Shown here piece after piece: positions 26,765-36,571 of a stretch of 64,000 nucleotides of DNA (positions within the stretch are counted from its first letter, which is position 1; each line of letters starts with the position of its first letter). Under the pieces are notes generated by a model. The model was not told where the DNA came from. It saw nothing but the letters and a program-made list of their open reading frames with translations, and did no database searches. Where the stretch lies: contig CAVERH010000011.1 of NCBI GenBank assembly GCA_963618065.1, positions 1,315-65,314 on the forward strand, read 5' to 3'. This DNA comes from a bacterium (GTDB lineage: Bacteria > Bacillota > Clostridia > Lachnospirales > Lachnospiraceae). The position numbers and the translations under genes are program-made.

Positions 26765-28159
26765 ATGAAAAATGTAAAACGATGGCTTGCCCTTGGAATG
26801 GCAGCAATAATGACAGCAGGTGTACTTGCAGGATGCGGAAGCACTTCTAATGACCAGACAACAAGTGACAGCACAACGACAGAAACAACTGAAACAACCG
26901 AAGCAGCTGATACTGCAGATGCTTCCGAAGGTGAAGCGGCAACAAGCACCGGAGCAGGATCTGTATATTATCTGAACTTTAAACCGGAGCAGGATGAGCA
27001 GTGGCAGGCACTGGCAAAGGCTTACACCGAAGAGACCGGAGTACCGGTTACCGTTGTAACAGCTGCTTCCGGAAATTATGAAACGACTCTGATGAGTGAA
27101 ATGGGAAAGAGCGGAGCACCGACCCTGTTCCAGGTAAACGGACCGGTTGGACTTGCAAACTGGAAGGATTACTGCTATGACCTTTCCGGATCCGCTGTAT
27201 ACGGCGAACTGACCAGCGAGGATTTCGCATTAAAGGATGGCGACGCAGTATCCGGTATCGCATACGTAATTGAATCCTACGGACTGATCTGCAACAAGAC
27301 CTTACTTGCAGATGCCGGTTATACTATCGACGATATTAAGTCCTTTGCAGATTTAAAGAAGGTTGCGGAAGATATCACAAGCCGTTCTTCCGAGCTTGGA
27401 TTCGCAGCATTTACCTCCGCAGGTATGGACGGCTCTTCCGACTGGAGATTCAAGACTCATCTTGCAAACCTTCCGATCTACTTTGAGTATAAGGAAGACG
27501 GTATCGGATCTACTCCTGCCATCAAAGGAACCTACCTTGATGCATACCGTAATATCTGGGATCTGTATGTAAATAACAGCACCTGCAGTGGCAAGGAGCT
27601 TGCAGCAAAGACAGGTGATGATTCCAGAAATGAGTTCTTAAATAAGCAGGCCGTATTCTTCCAGAATGGTTCCTGGGAATATGGAAACCTGGTTGGCGAC
27701 GGCAAGTTTGCTGATGATGACCTTGCGATGATCCCGATCTACATCGGTGTTGGTGATGAAGCAAATCAGGGGCTTTGTACCGGTACAGAAAACTACTGGT
27801 GTGTAAATAAGGAAGCTTCTGAGGATGACATTCAGGCAACACTTGACTTTATGTACTGGTGTGTAACCTCCGACAAGGGAACTACTTCCATGTCTGATGA
27901 AATGGGATTTGTTATTCCTTTCAAGAGCGCAAAGGAATCTCCGAACTTATTTGTAAAGCAGGACAGTGAATATACCGCAGCCGGCAAGACACCGGTATCA
28001 TGGAACTTCACAACCATGCCTTCTGAGGAATGGAAGAATGGTGTCGGAGCTGCATTAACCGCTTATGCAGCAGATGAAACAGACGCAAACTGGGATGCAG
28101 TTGTAAGTGCATTCGTAGATGGATGGGCAACCGAATATGAGCTTGCCAATCAGCAGTAA
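26765..28159 (+). CDS. ABC transporter sugar-binding lipoprotein (CUT1 family)
   Basis: Lipobox VLAGCGS followed by a Thr/Ser/Glu-rich linker, then a family-1 SBP body. RBS GGGAGG. Confidence 0.9.
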   Translation: MKNVKRWLALGMAAIMTAGVLAGCGSTSNDQTTSDSTTTETTETTEAADTADASEGEAATSTGAGSVYYLNFKPEQDEQWQALAKAYTEETGVPVTVVTAASGNYETTLMSEMGKSGAPTLFQVNGPVGLANWKDYCYDLSGSAVYGELTSEDFALKDGDAVSGIAYVIESYGLICNKTLLADAGYTIDDIKSFADLKKVAEDITSRSSELGFAAFTSAGMDGSSDWRFKTHLANLPIYFEYKEDGIGSTPAIKGTYLDAYRNIWDLYVNNSTCSGKELAAKTGDDSRNEFLNKQAVFFQNGSWEYGNLVGDGKFADDDLAMIPIYIGVGDEANQGLCTGTENYWCVNKEASEDDIQATLDFMYWCVTSDKGTTSMSDEMGFVIPFKSAKESPNLFVKQDSEYTAAGKTPVSWNFTTMPSEEWKNGVGAALTAYAADETDANWDAVVSAFVDGWATEYELANQQ

Positions 28160-28171
28160 GTAAAAGAACCG

Positions 28172-28205
28172 GAATGGGCAGGCAGAAAACACTGTCTGCC
28201 CATTC
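28172..28205 (+). terminator. Intra-operon hairpin after the binding-protein gene (partial terminator or mRNA stabiliser)
   Basis: GAATGGGCAGGCAG / CTGTCTGCCCATTC with one G-T pair, followed by TTC. This position between SBP and permease genes is typical. Confidence 0.45.
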
Positions 28206-28282
28206 TTCATGTAGAACACTTGGTGAAGACGAGCCGAAGGAGAAGTCAGAGCTTAGTGACCGGGTAATAGGGAGGCTATGTT

Positions 28283-29134
28283 ATGGAGAAGGCAATAAAG
28301 AAACATGCAGTTATTTTTGTTCTGCCCACGCTGGCTGCATTTATCATCGGATTTATTGTTCCGTTTGTGGAGGGCTTATACTTATCCTTCTGTAAATTTA
28401 CAACAGTAGGAAATGCGACGTGGGTAGGACTTGCGAATTACCGTGCAGCAATTACGGATACCTCTTTCCAGAGGGCGTTTGGATTTACCGTATTGTTCGC
28501 CGTGGTATCCATTTTAAGTATTAATATTCTGGCATTTGCACTTGCCGTTTTACTGACACAGAAATTACACGGAACGAACATCTTCCGTACCGTGTTCTTT
28601 ATGCCAAATCTCATCGGCGGTATCGTGCTCGGTTATATCTGGCAGATCCTGATTAACTGCGTGATGACGATTTTAGAGCAGCCCTTACTTGCGTTAAATG
28701 CAACTGCAGGCTACTGGGGACTCATTATCCTGATGGGCTGGCAGCAGATTGGTTACATGATGATTATTTACATTGCCGGCTTACAGAACGTTCCGGATTC
28801 CTTAATTGAAGCAGCCGAAATTGACGGAGCAAACCGCCTGCAGACCTTATTTAAAATTAAAGTTCCCATGGTAATGTCTTCCATTACCATTTGTATTTTC
28901 TTAACCTTAACGAATTCCTTTAAGCTGTTCGACCAGAACCTTGCGTTGACTGGAGGGGATCCGAACCATATGACCGATATGATGGCACTGAATATTTACA
29001 ATACCTTCTATGCACGCTCCGGTATGCAGTGGAAGGGTTACGGACAGGCGAAGGCAGTGATCTTCTGTGCACTGGTAATTTTCATTTCCCTGTTCCAGCT
29101 TAGAGCAACCAGATCGAGGGAGGTGCAGCAGTAA
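28283..29134 (+). CDS. Carbohydrate ABC transporter permease
   Basis: Six TM segments and the EAA loop (IEAAEIDGANRLQTLFKIKVP). Confidence 0.9.
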   Translation: MEKAIKKHAVIFVLPTLAAFIIGFIVPFVEGLYLSFCKFTTVGNATWVGLANYRAAITDTSFQRAFGFTVLFAVVSILSINILAFALAVLLTQKLHGTNIFRTVFFMPNLIGGIVLGYIWQILINCVMTILEQPLLALNATAGYWGLIILMGWQQIGYMMIIYIAGLQNVPDSLIEAAEIDGANRLQTLFKIKVPMVMSSITICIFLTLTNSFKLFDQNLALTGGDPNHMTDMMALNIYNTFYARSGMQWKGYGQAKAVIFCALVIFISLFQLRATRSREVQQ

Positions 29135-29976
29135 TGAATACAAAGAAAAAGATCGGAAATGCCATATTAGTTGTGATTTTGACGATTCTCTCCCTGTTGT
29201 GGATTTATCCCGTATTTATGATTTTGATCAATTCCCTGAAAAAGGAATCTGCCATCAGTACCGGAAGCGTTTTTCAGCTTCCCACCGCAGAAACCTTTGC
29301 AGGTTTGGAAAACTATATCAATGCCATTGAGTCCAAAGGCTTTTTGAACAGCTTGGGCTACAGCTTATTTATTACGATTACCTCTGTGGCTGCGATTCTG
29401 CTTTTCTGTTCCATGTGTGCATGGTACATCACCCGTGTAAAGGGCATCCTTTCGAAGGTACTTTATTTCCTGTTTGTCTTTTCAATGGTAGTTCCTTTCC
29501 AGATGGTCATGTTTACCTTATCACAGACCGCAGATAAGCTTCACTTGAATACACCCTGGAATATCTGGGTGATCTATCTTGGATTCGGGGCAGGACTTGC
29601 AGTATTTATGTTCTGCGGATTTGTAAAGTCCATTCCGCTCGAGGTAGAAGAGGCTGCGCTGATCGATGGCTGCAACCCGATCCAGACATTCTTTAAGATT
29701 GATATGCATATGCTGGCACCGACGATGATTTCCGTAGGAATTCTGGAAGCCATGTGGGTATGGAATGACTACCTGCTTCCGACACTGGTGCTGGATATTA
29801 AGAAATATAAGACGATCCCGATGCTCATCCAGTATTTCCGTGGAAGCTACGGAAGAGTTGAAATGGGACCGATGATGGCAAGTATTATGTTAACCATCAT
29901 CCCGATTATCATTGTTTATCTGTCCGGACAGAAATATATTATTAAAGGTGTGGCATCCGGAGCTGTAAAAGGATAA
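29134..29976 (+). CDS. Carbohydrate ABC transporter permease
   Basis: EAA loop (EEAALIDGCNPIQTFFKI). The start overlaps the upstream stop by 1 nt. Confidence 0.9.
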   Translation: MNTKKKIGNAILVVILTILSLLWIYPVFMILINSLKKESAISTGSVFQLPTAETFAGLENYINAIESKGFLNSLGYSLFITITSVAAILLFCSMCAWYITRVKGILSKVLYFLFVFSMVVPFQMVMFTLSQTADKLHLNTPWNIWVIYLGFGAGLAVFMFCGFVKSIPLEVEEAALIDGCNPIQTFFKIDMHMLAPTMISVGILEAMWVWNDYLLPTLVLDIKKYKTIPMLIQYFRGSYGRVEMGPMMASIMLTIIPIIIVYLSGQKYIIKGVASGAVKG

Positions 29977-30656
29977 TTTTCCCCTGAAAAGTAGATCTAC
30001 TATGTTTCCGCAGAGTTCCTGATCGGCAAGTGACCAAGGCAGAGAAGCTGATCCCGGCAACCGATCGATTGAAGAGTATGAGAGGGATATCTGGAAGAGC
30101 AGATCGTTTTAAGTCCTGAACGGTAGTATTTGAAGCTTATCTTTACTAGTGGAAGCCAGAAAAGGCACAGATAGGAGAGATCGTCGTATTTGTAACAAAA
30201 AACACACGATTGGTTCAGAAAAAGAAAAGTGTGTTTCAAATGTTATATGATAAAATGGAAAGGGGGTTAAGTTACATGAGTATCCTGAACCTGTCATTGC
30301 TTAACATCACGGTAAGACAGGTGTTCTAAGATTCTTTTGGAAGACGGATAAAATCAAAGCATGTAATCGAATGTGAAGAACAGCATGCATAAAGCTCTTA
30401 GATTTCAGGGGAAGTGATCTTAGACCCTTTATCCAGGTTTGTTCTTAAGAGAATGGGAGATATCAGAGTTTACAACAATCTGAATTGATGGTAAAGTATA
30501 CCTGATGACACGAATCACAAAAGTAGGGCGCGTATGCGGCAATTGCCAGGGAAAGCATGCAAGTCCTACTTTGTGTAGGTTTATCATATCTATTCGGTGT
30601 TTATGAATCTTCATAAGAATTTCCGGATGAGCCGGAAGGATCAGAAAGAGTAAGTG

Positions 30657-31754
30657 ATGCAGAAATTAGAGTTAAAAGGAACAACGATATTTATTACGGG
30701 GGCTGCCGGATTCATCGGAGCCAATCTTGTAATGAAGCTTTTGAAAGAAGAGGCTCCGGCCAGAATTATCGGCATGGATAATCTGAATGATTACTACGAT
30801 GTCCGCATTAAAGAGTGGAGACTTGAACAAATTGCGAAGTTATCCAAAGAACATCCTGAAACGGAATGGATTTTTAAAAAAGGAGATATTGCAGACCGGC
30901 AGAGCATCGAGGAGGTGTTTGCATCCTGTGAACCGCAGGTTATTGTGAACCTTGCCGCGCAGGCGGGAGTCCGGTATTCCATTACGAATCCGGATGCATA
31001 TATTTCCTCCAACATGATTGGATTTTATAATATCTTGGAGGCGTGCCGTCATTCCTATGAGGATGGAAAACAGGGCGTTGCACACCTCGTATATGCTTCG
31101 TCTTCTTCCGTTTATGGTGGGAATGAGAAGGTGCCGTTTTCTACGGAGGATCCGGTGGATCATCCCGTTTCTCTGTATGCGGCAACGAAGAAGTCGAATG
31201 AATTGTTTGCACATGCCTATAGTAAGTTATATAACATTCCTTCTACCGGCCTGCGGTTCTTTACCGTTTACGGACCGGCAGGAAGACCGGATATGGCCTA
31301 CTTTGGCTTTACGAATAAGCTTCTTCAGGGGAAAACGATCGAGATTTTTAACTATGGAAACTGCCGCAGGGATTTTACCTATGTGGATGATATTGCGGAA
31401 GGAATCGTGCGTGTCATGAAGGGGGCGCCGGAGCGGGTAAACGGGGCAGACGGATTACCGGTTCCTCCGTATAAGGTGTATAATATTGGAGGAGGACATC
31501 CGGAGAATCTGCTGGATTTTGTGGATATTCTGCAGCAGGAGCTGGTCGCAGCAGGAGTCCTTCCCGCAGATTATGATTTTGAGGCACATAAGAAGCTTGT
31601 GCCGATGCAGCCGGGAGATGTGCCCGTGACCTATGCGGATACGAAGGCTTTGCAGGAGGACTTCGATTATTGCCCGAAGACGGACCTGCGGACCGGATTG
31701 AGAAATTTTGCACAGTGGTATCAGAAATTTTACAGTCAGGAGGAAAACAGATGA
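30657..31754 (+). CDS. NAD-dependent epimerase (UDP-glucuronate 4-epimerase-like, extended SDR)
   Basis: Rossmann motif [12 protein letters not shown] and catalytic YAATK. It lies directly upstream of, and overlaps, a UDP-glucose 6-dehydrogenase gene. Confidence 0.8.
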   Translation: MQKLELKGTTIFITGAAGFIGANLVMKLLKEEAPARIIGMDNLNDYYDVRIKEWRLEQIAKLSKEHPETEWIFKKGDIADRQSIEEVFASCEPQVIVNLAAQAGVRYSITNPDAYISSNMIGFYNILEACRHSYEDGKQGVAHLVYASSSSVYGGNEKVPFSTEDPVDHPVSLYAATKKSNELFAHAYSKLYNIPSTGLRFFTVYGPAGRPDMAYFGFTNKLLQGKTIEIFNYGNCRRDFTYVDDIAEGIVRVMKGAPERVNGADGLPVPPYKVYNIGGGHPENLLDFVDILQQELVAAGVLPADYDFEAHKKLVPMQPGDVPVTYADTKALQEDFDYCPKTDLRTGLRNFAQWYQKFYSQEENR

Positions 31755-32983
31755 AGATTGCAGTAGCAGGAACAGGATATGTCGGTTTAAGTATAGCAAC
31801 CTTGCTGGCACAGCACAATGAAGTGATGGCAGTGGATATTATAGAAGAAAAGGTGAACCTGATCAATCAGCGGAGGTCACCGATTCAGGATGAATATATT
31901 GAGAAGTATTTAAAGGAAAAGGAACTGAATCTCGTGGCAACTACGGATGCCGAGGCGGCTTACCGGGATGCAGAGTTCGTTGTGATCGCAACACCGACTA
32001 ACTATGATTCCAAGAAGAATTTCTTCGATACCTCCGCGGTAGAAGCGGTCATCCAGCTTGTGATGAAGGTAAATCCGAAGGCCATTATGGTGATCAAGTC
32101 AACCATTCCGGTCGGCTTTACGGTTGCGGTACGTGAGAAGTATCATTGTGACCGGATACTGTTCAGTCCGGAGTTTTTGAGAGAATCCAAGGCGCTATAT
32201 GATAACCTGTATCCATCCAGAATTATTGTGGGAACGGATATGGAGAATCCGGAGCTTTCAGAGGCTGCCAATACCTTTGCGCACCTCTTACAGCAGGGAG
32301 CCATCAAAGAGAATATTGATACTCTGATTATGGGATATACAGAAGCAGAAGCCGTGAAGCTGTTTGCCAATACCTATCTGGCACTGCGGGTATCGTATTT
32401 CAACGAGCTGGACACATATGCAGAGATGAAGGGACTGGATACCCGGCAGATCATTAAGGGAGTCTGTCTCGACCCTCGTATCGGGGATCAGTATAACAAT
32501 CCGTCCTTTGGTTACGGCGGCTACTGCCTGCCGAAGGATACGAAGCAGCTTCTTGCCAACTATCAGGATGTACCCCAGAATATGATGACTGCTATCGTGG
32601 ACAGCAACCGTACGCGGAAGGAATTCATTGCGGACCGTGTGCTGGAGCTTGCAGGTGGTTATGAAGCGAACGGGGAATATGAACTGGATAAGGAAAAGGA
32701 AGTCGTGGTCGGTGTATACCGCCTTACCATGAAATCCAATTCCGACAATTTCCGTCAGTCCTCCATTCAGGGGGTTATGAAGCGGATTAAGGCGAAGGGA
32801 GCAACGGTGATTGTTTATGAGCCGACGCTGGAAGACGGAAGCACCTTCTTTGGAAGCCGTGTCGTGAATGATCTTTCGAAGTTTAAGGAAATGAGCCAGG
32901 CGATCATTGCCAACCGTTATGATACCTGCCTGGATGATGTGAAAGAAAAGGTCTATACCAGGGATGTATTCCGGAGAGATTAA
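31751..32983 (+). CDS. ugd: UDP-glucose 6-dehydrogenase
   Basis: [14 protein letters not shown] at the N-terminus and the catalytic GGYCLPKD motif. The internal ATG at 31751 forms an ATGA overlap with the epimerase stop. Confidence 0.9.
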   Translation: MKIAVAGTGYVGLSIATLLAQHNEVMAVDIIEEKVNLINQRRSPIQDEYIEKYLKEKELNLVATTDAEAAYRDAEFVVIATPTNYDSKKNFFDTSAVEAVIQLVMKVNPKAIMVIKSTIPVGFTVAVREKYHCDRILFSPEFLRESKALYDNLYPSRIIVGTDMENPELSEAANTFAHLLQQGAIKENIDTLIMGYTEAEAVKLFANTYLALRVSYFNELDTYAEMKGLDTRQIIKGVCLDPRIGDQYNNPSFGYGGYCLPKDTKQLLANYQDVPQNMMTAIVDSNRTRKEFIADRVLELAGGYEANGEYELDKEKEVVVGVYRLTMKSNSDNFRQSSIQGVMKRIKAKGATVIVYEPTLEDGSTFFGSRVVNDLSKFKEMSQAIIANRYDTCLDDVKEKVYTRDVFRRD

Positions 32984-32990
32984 ATATAGG

Positions 32991-34082
32991 ATGGAAAACG
33001 AAGCGAAAATTTTGCTACTGTTAACCGGAGGTACGATCTGTTCCTTCGGGGATGAACAGGGGAACCGGCGGGATGTGGACATTCAGAAGGCGAAAGCGCT
33101 GCTCCTGCAATACTTTGAAGAATCGGATTCTCCCTGTGCGCATGAAAAATTTGAAGTAGTCACCATTTTAAATACCTTAAGTGAGAATATGACGATTCCG
33201 AAATGGAATGAATTACTCTGCTTTTTGAAAAAGTGTGATCTTTTGCAGTATCGGGGAATTGTGATCGCACATGGAACGGATACTCTGGCTTATACGTCTT
33301 CCCTGCTCGCACTTGCATTATCAAAAGTGGAAGTGCCGGTATTTCTGGTATCCAGCCAACTGCCGCTGAATCAGGAGGGGGCGAATGGAAATGAAAATTT
33401 CCGGCGTTCGGTAGAGCTGATCTGTGCAGGAATTCATCCCGGTGTTTATGTAGTGTACCGGAATGAAAATGGAAAATGCTTTCTTCATCACGGAGGACAT
33501 CTGGTAAGCAGCGGAGATTATTCCAATGACTTTTACAGCCGTGATGCCGTCTGCTTAAGGGAAGCTATAGAGGTGACGGAAGGGGAATGTACCCAGGCTG
33601 CGATACAGCAGGATAAATGGCTTGAGAAACTGAATCACGATGAGATCTGCAGACAGCGGAACAGTAAAGGAATTGACCTGTCCCGGATCGGAGAACTGAA
33701 AAGTGATGTGCTTCGTATTGAACCGTATGTAGGACTCAATTATCAGCGGATTTCACTTGATAAAAAGGTGCGTGCAGTCGTACATGGTCTGTATCACTCG
33801 GCAACAGCCTGTATCGGAGGAACGCAAGAAGAGCAGGACTCTCCATATTCCTTACTCTCTTTCCTCACGAGGTGCAGGGAAGCGAAGATCCCGGTGGTGG
33901 TAACACCCTGTCCGGAAGAGGCGGCCTATGCGTCTGCCGTGTGGATGCTGGAAGCAGGAGCAATTCCGGTATACGGGATGACGAAAGAGATGGTTTATGT
34001 CAAGACACTTCTGGCGGGAGCACTGGAATATCCGGATGAAAAATTGTGTTCTTTTTTAACAGAAGAAGTATGTGGTGAGTAG
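32991..34082 (+). CDS. L-asparaginase/glutaminase family protein
   Basis: LLLTGGTI and AHGTDTL motifs of type I asparaginases. The start is uncertain (32964 or 32991). Confidence 0.65.
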   Translation: MENEAKILLLLTGGTICSFGDEQGNRRDVDIQKAKALLLQYFEESDSPCAHEKFEVVTILNTLSENMTIPKWNELLCFLKKCDLLQYRGIVIAHGTDTLAYTSSLLALALSKVEVPVFLVSSQLPLNQEGANGNENFRRSVELICAGIHPGVYVVYRNENGKCFLHHGGHLVSSGDYSNDFYSRDAVCLREAIEVTEGECTQAAIQQDKWLEKLNHDEICRQRNSKGIDLSRIGELKSDVLRIEPYVGLNYQRISLDKKVRAVVHGLYHSATACIGGTQEEQDSPYSLLSFLTRCREAKIPVVVTPCPEEAAYASAVWMLEAGAIPVYGMTKEMVYVKTLLAGALEYPDEKLCSFLTEEVCGE

Positions 34083-34187
34083 ACACTGGATAAATTTTAT
34101 TGTACAATAAACATGACTATCTGGAATGGTTATCGTAGTCCCTGATAGTCAGATCATTGGTATTTTGGAGAGAAAGGCGAAGATAAG

Positions 34188-35408
34188 ATGCTTGCAACGT
34201 TAATCCCTTTATTTGATGAAAATATGACTGTGAAGGCATATTCCTTATTTACCCAGAAGAAGAACTTTCTTTTAAATCCCAGTTTTCTGGGAACCGGAAT
34301 GAATGATGGAGTAGGACAGATTCAGGGGTTTGAACTGATTGAAAATATGGGAATTGAGACCCTTTCCGGAGATAAGGAAGTATTCATTTCAGTAAATAAT
34401 ATTTCTCTGTTTGCCGATATTGATGAACAGTGTAAGGCACCGCATGACCGTGTGGTATTGCTTGTGGACAATGCAGTTCTGCCGAATGATATGTATATTA
34501 ACCGTCTGAAGGAATTAAAGAACAGAGGGTATAAGCTTGCTATCCGTAAACTGCCGGTATCCAGCTTTGAGGATTACCGTCAGGTGCTTCTTCTGATGGA
34601 TTATATTCTGCTCGATCATAAGAAGATTGACATTACGAAGGCAAGGATTTATTTTACGAAGATTTATCCGAACATCAAGCTTTGTGCCGGAAATATTGAT
34701 ACACAGGAAATTTTCGAGCAGTTGAAGGCAGAGGGTGGCTACCAGCTCTATGAAGGAGCGTTCTACCGTATGCCGGTAACGAAGGGAGAGGCAAAGGTCG
34801 CTCCGTTGAAGGTGAACTATATTGAACTTTTGAATATTGTGAATGAACCGGATTTTGATCTGACGAAGGCAGCCGATGTCATAGGAAGAGATACCGCACT
34901 CGTGATTTCCCTGCTGAAGATGGTGAACCACATGACGGTCAATTCCGAGATTACCTCAATCCGTCATGCAGCAGCAATGTTAGGACAGAAGGAATTGAAG
35001 AAATGGATCAATACTGCGGTTACCAACCAGCTTTGTACGGATCGTCCGAATGAGATCATGCGTGTTTCCCTGCTTCGTGCGAAATTTGCAGAGAATCTGG
35101 CAGTCGTTTTTGAGATGGGTGGTCAGGCAGGAGAACTGTTCCTGACGGGACTGTTCTCTGTACTGGATCTCATTATCAATAAGCCGATGGAAGAGGCTCT
35201 TCAGATGGTGAAGGTTTCTAAGGAGATCGAGGAAGCGCTCATTGGAGATAAAGGACACTTCGCTCCGGTATTAGAGTTTGTAAAGCAGTATGAGAGTGCG
35301 AACTGGCAGGAAATTGACCGTACCATGTTACTGAACCACATGGATTCCAAGCAGGTATATGATGCATACATTTCGGCTTTGCGTTGGTATCGTGATCTGG
35401 TTTCATAA
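34188..35408 (+). CDS. Degenerate EAL-like plus HDOD signalling protein (COG3434/YuxH-like architecture)
   Basis: Colinear with YuxH/PdeH-type proteins as recalled, with HDOD-like ...SIRHAAAMLGQKELKKW.... The EAL catalytic positions appear substituted (YSLF for YELL, LAIRKL for LALDDF). Confidence 0.65.
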   Translation: MLATLIPLFDENMTVKAYSLFTQKKNFLLNPSFLGTGMNDGVGQIQGFELIENMGIETLSGDKEVFISVNNISLFADIDEQCKAPHDRVVLLVDNAVLPNDMYINRLKELKNRGYKLAIRKLPVSSFEDYRQVLLLMDYILLDHKKIDITKARIYFTKIYPNIKLCAGNIDTQEIFEQLKAEGGYQLYEGAFYRMPVTKGEAKVAPLKVNYIELLNIVNEPDFDLTKAADVIGRDTALVISLLKMVNHMTVNSEITSIRHAAAMLGQKELKKWINTAVTNQLCTDRPNEIMRVSLLRAKFAENLAVVFEMGGQAGELFLTGLFSVLDLIINKPMEEALQMVKVSKEIEEALIGDKGHFAPVLEFVKQYESANWQEIDRTMLLNHMDSKQVYDAYISALRWYRDLVS

Positions 35409-35413
35409 GTTTC

Positions 35414-36571
35414 CTATTCTTCTTCAGCTGCCGCATCCTCTAAGGATACGCCCTGGTGAATGGTAATGCCGTTTACTTCAACATGATCGTTGATTTCAAT
35501 GACGAGACAGCGTTTGCCGTCGATCTGCAGGGTGTTGACCAGATCCGCACGTTCCGGATTTACCTTTACGACAACGTCGGGAGTCTTTACCTCGAAGGTG
35601 CGGACATTCGCTACATTGTTTACAAAGAGAGAAGTATCCTCTCCGGCAGCCGCATCATAGAGCTTATCGAAATCGGTCAGTTTTTCTTCCCTCACGCCGC
35701 TCTTTTCAAAGAGATTTTTCACCTGATGCTTATCAAGAGTTAAGGGCTCCGGAATTTCTTTATGCTCCTCGATCATTTCCGTTAAATTCTCATGGATATT
35801 TTTCACCACTTCGTATTCGACCTCATCGCCGAGTGTTTCCTCGATTAAAGCCTGAAAGGCTTCCTTCTGTGTCCCGGCAGACAAAGGCATGGTACAGCCG
35901 AGAATGTTTTCCACGAACTCTCCATGCGCTTCCTCCGGATTCTTGGAATAGAAGAGCGTAGAGTGAATATCGGTTGCACGGTCGTTGAAGCTCGGGAAAA
36001 GAAAGCCGGTTTCGGGCATTTCTACCACCCAGTCACGGATACGGTTGTGGAATTCGTTGTTGATGCTGTCATAGCTTAAGCCGGGCTTTGAAAGATTCAC
36101 CGGACAGATACAGCACATGATGTATTCAAATACCGTATCGGAAGCATCGTCCATGGTCAAACCGTCCGTGGTTTTTCCGGGAACGTCATAAGCGTCATGG
36201 ATGAGCAGAATCAGGTAGTTGCCAACGTATTCATACGTATTGATGACACGGTCATAAAATTCTTCGATTAAGGCATCATCCTTTAATTTACTGTCACGCA
36301 GGGCAAGGAGAGCAGCCTGGGTGCCGCCTTCCTGTTCGCTTGCAAGGGGAAAGTCCAGATTTAAAAGATTCTTTCCGAGACTTCCGGATAAGGTTTTGCG
36401 CAGCAGTTCAAAGTATTTAAAAATCTCTTCTTCCGGGAGGGAGAGAAAAGCTTCTTTGAATTCGGTCTTTTTATTCTTCTCGCCATCGACATAGCAGCCG
36501 CAGATTCTCGTAATGGAGCAGTTGCTCGGGGTATAAAGACGTTTCAGTTCATTGATTTCCTGTTTGATCAT
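35414..36571 (-). CDS. Conserved clostridial protein of unknown function (DUF4317-like)
   Basis: The N-terminal block [30 protein letters not shown] is recalled from DUF4317 proteins (memory only). ATGA overlap with the upstream activase-like gene. Confidence 0.55.
   Translation of the reverse strand: MIKQEINELKRLYTPSNCSITRICGCYVDGEKNKKTEFKEAFLSLPEEEIFKYFELLRKTLSGSLGKNLLNLDFPLASEQEGGTQAALLALRDSKLKDDALIEEFYDRVINTYEYVGNYLILLIHDAYDVPGKTTDGLTMDDASDTVFEYIMCCICPVNLSKPGLSYDSINNEFHNRIRDWVVEMPETGFLFPSFNDRATDIHSTLFYSKNPEEAHGEFVENILGCTMPLSAGTQKEAFQALIEETLGDEVEYEVVKNIHENLTEMIEEHKEIPEPLTLDKHQVKNLFEKSGVREEKLTDFDKLYDAAAGEDTSLFVNNVANVRTFEVKTPDVVVKVNPERADLVNTLQIDGKRCLVIEINDHVEVNGITIHQGVSLEDAAAEEE

Noticed and set aside
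32288-33082. 264-aa ORF on the - strand across ugd and the asparaginase-like gene
   Set aside because: It is antisense to two well-supported genes, has no recognisable motifs and is a shadow ORF.
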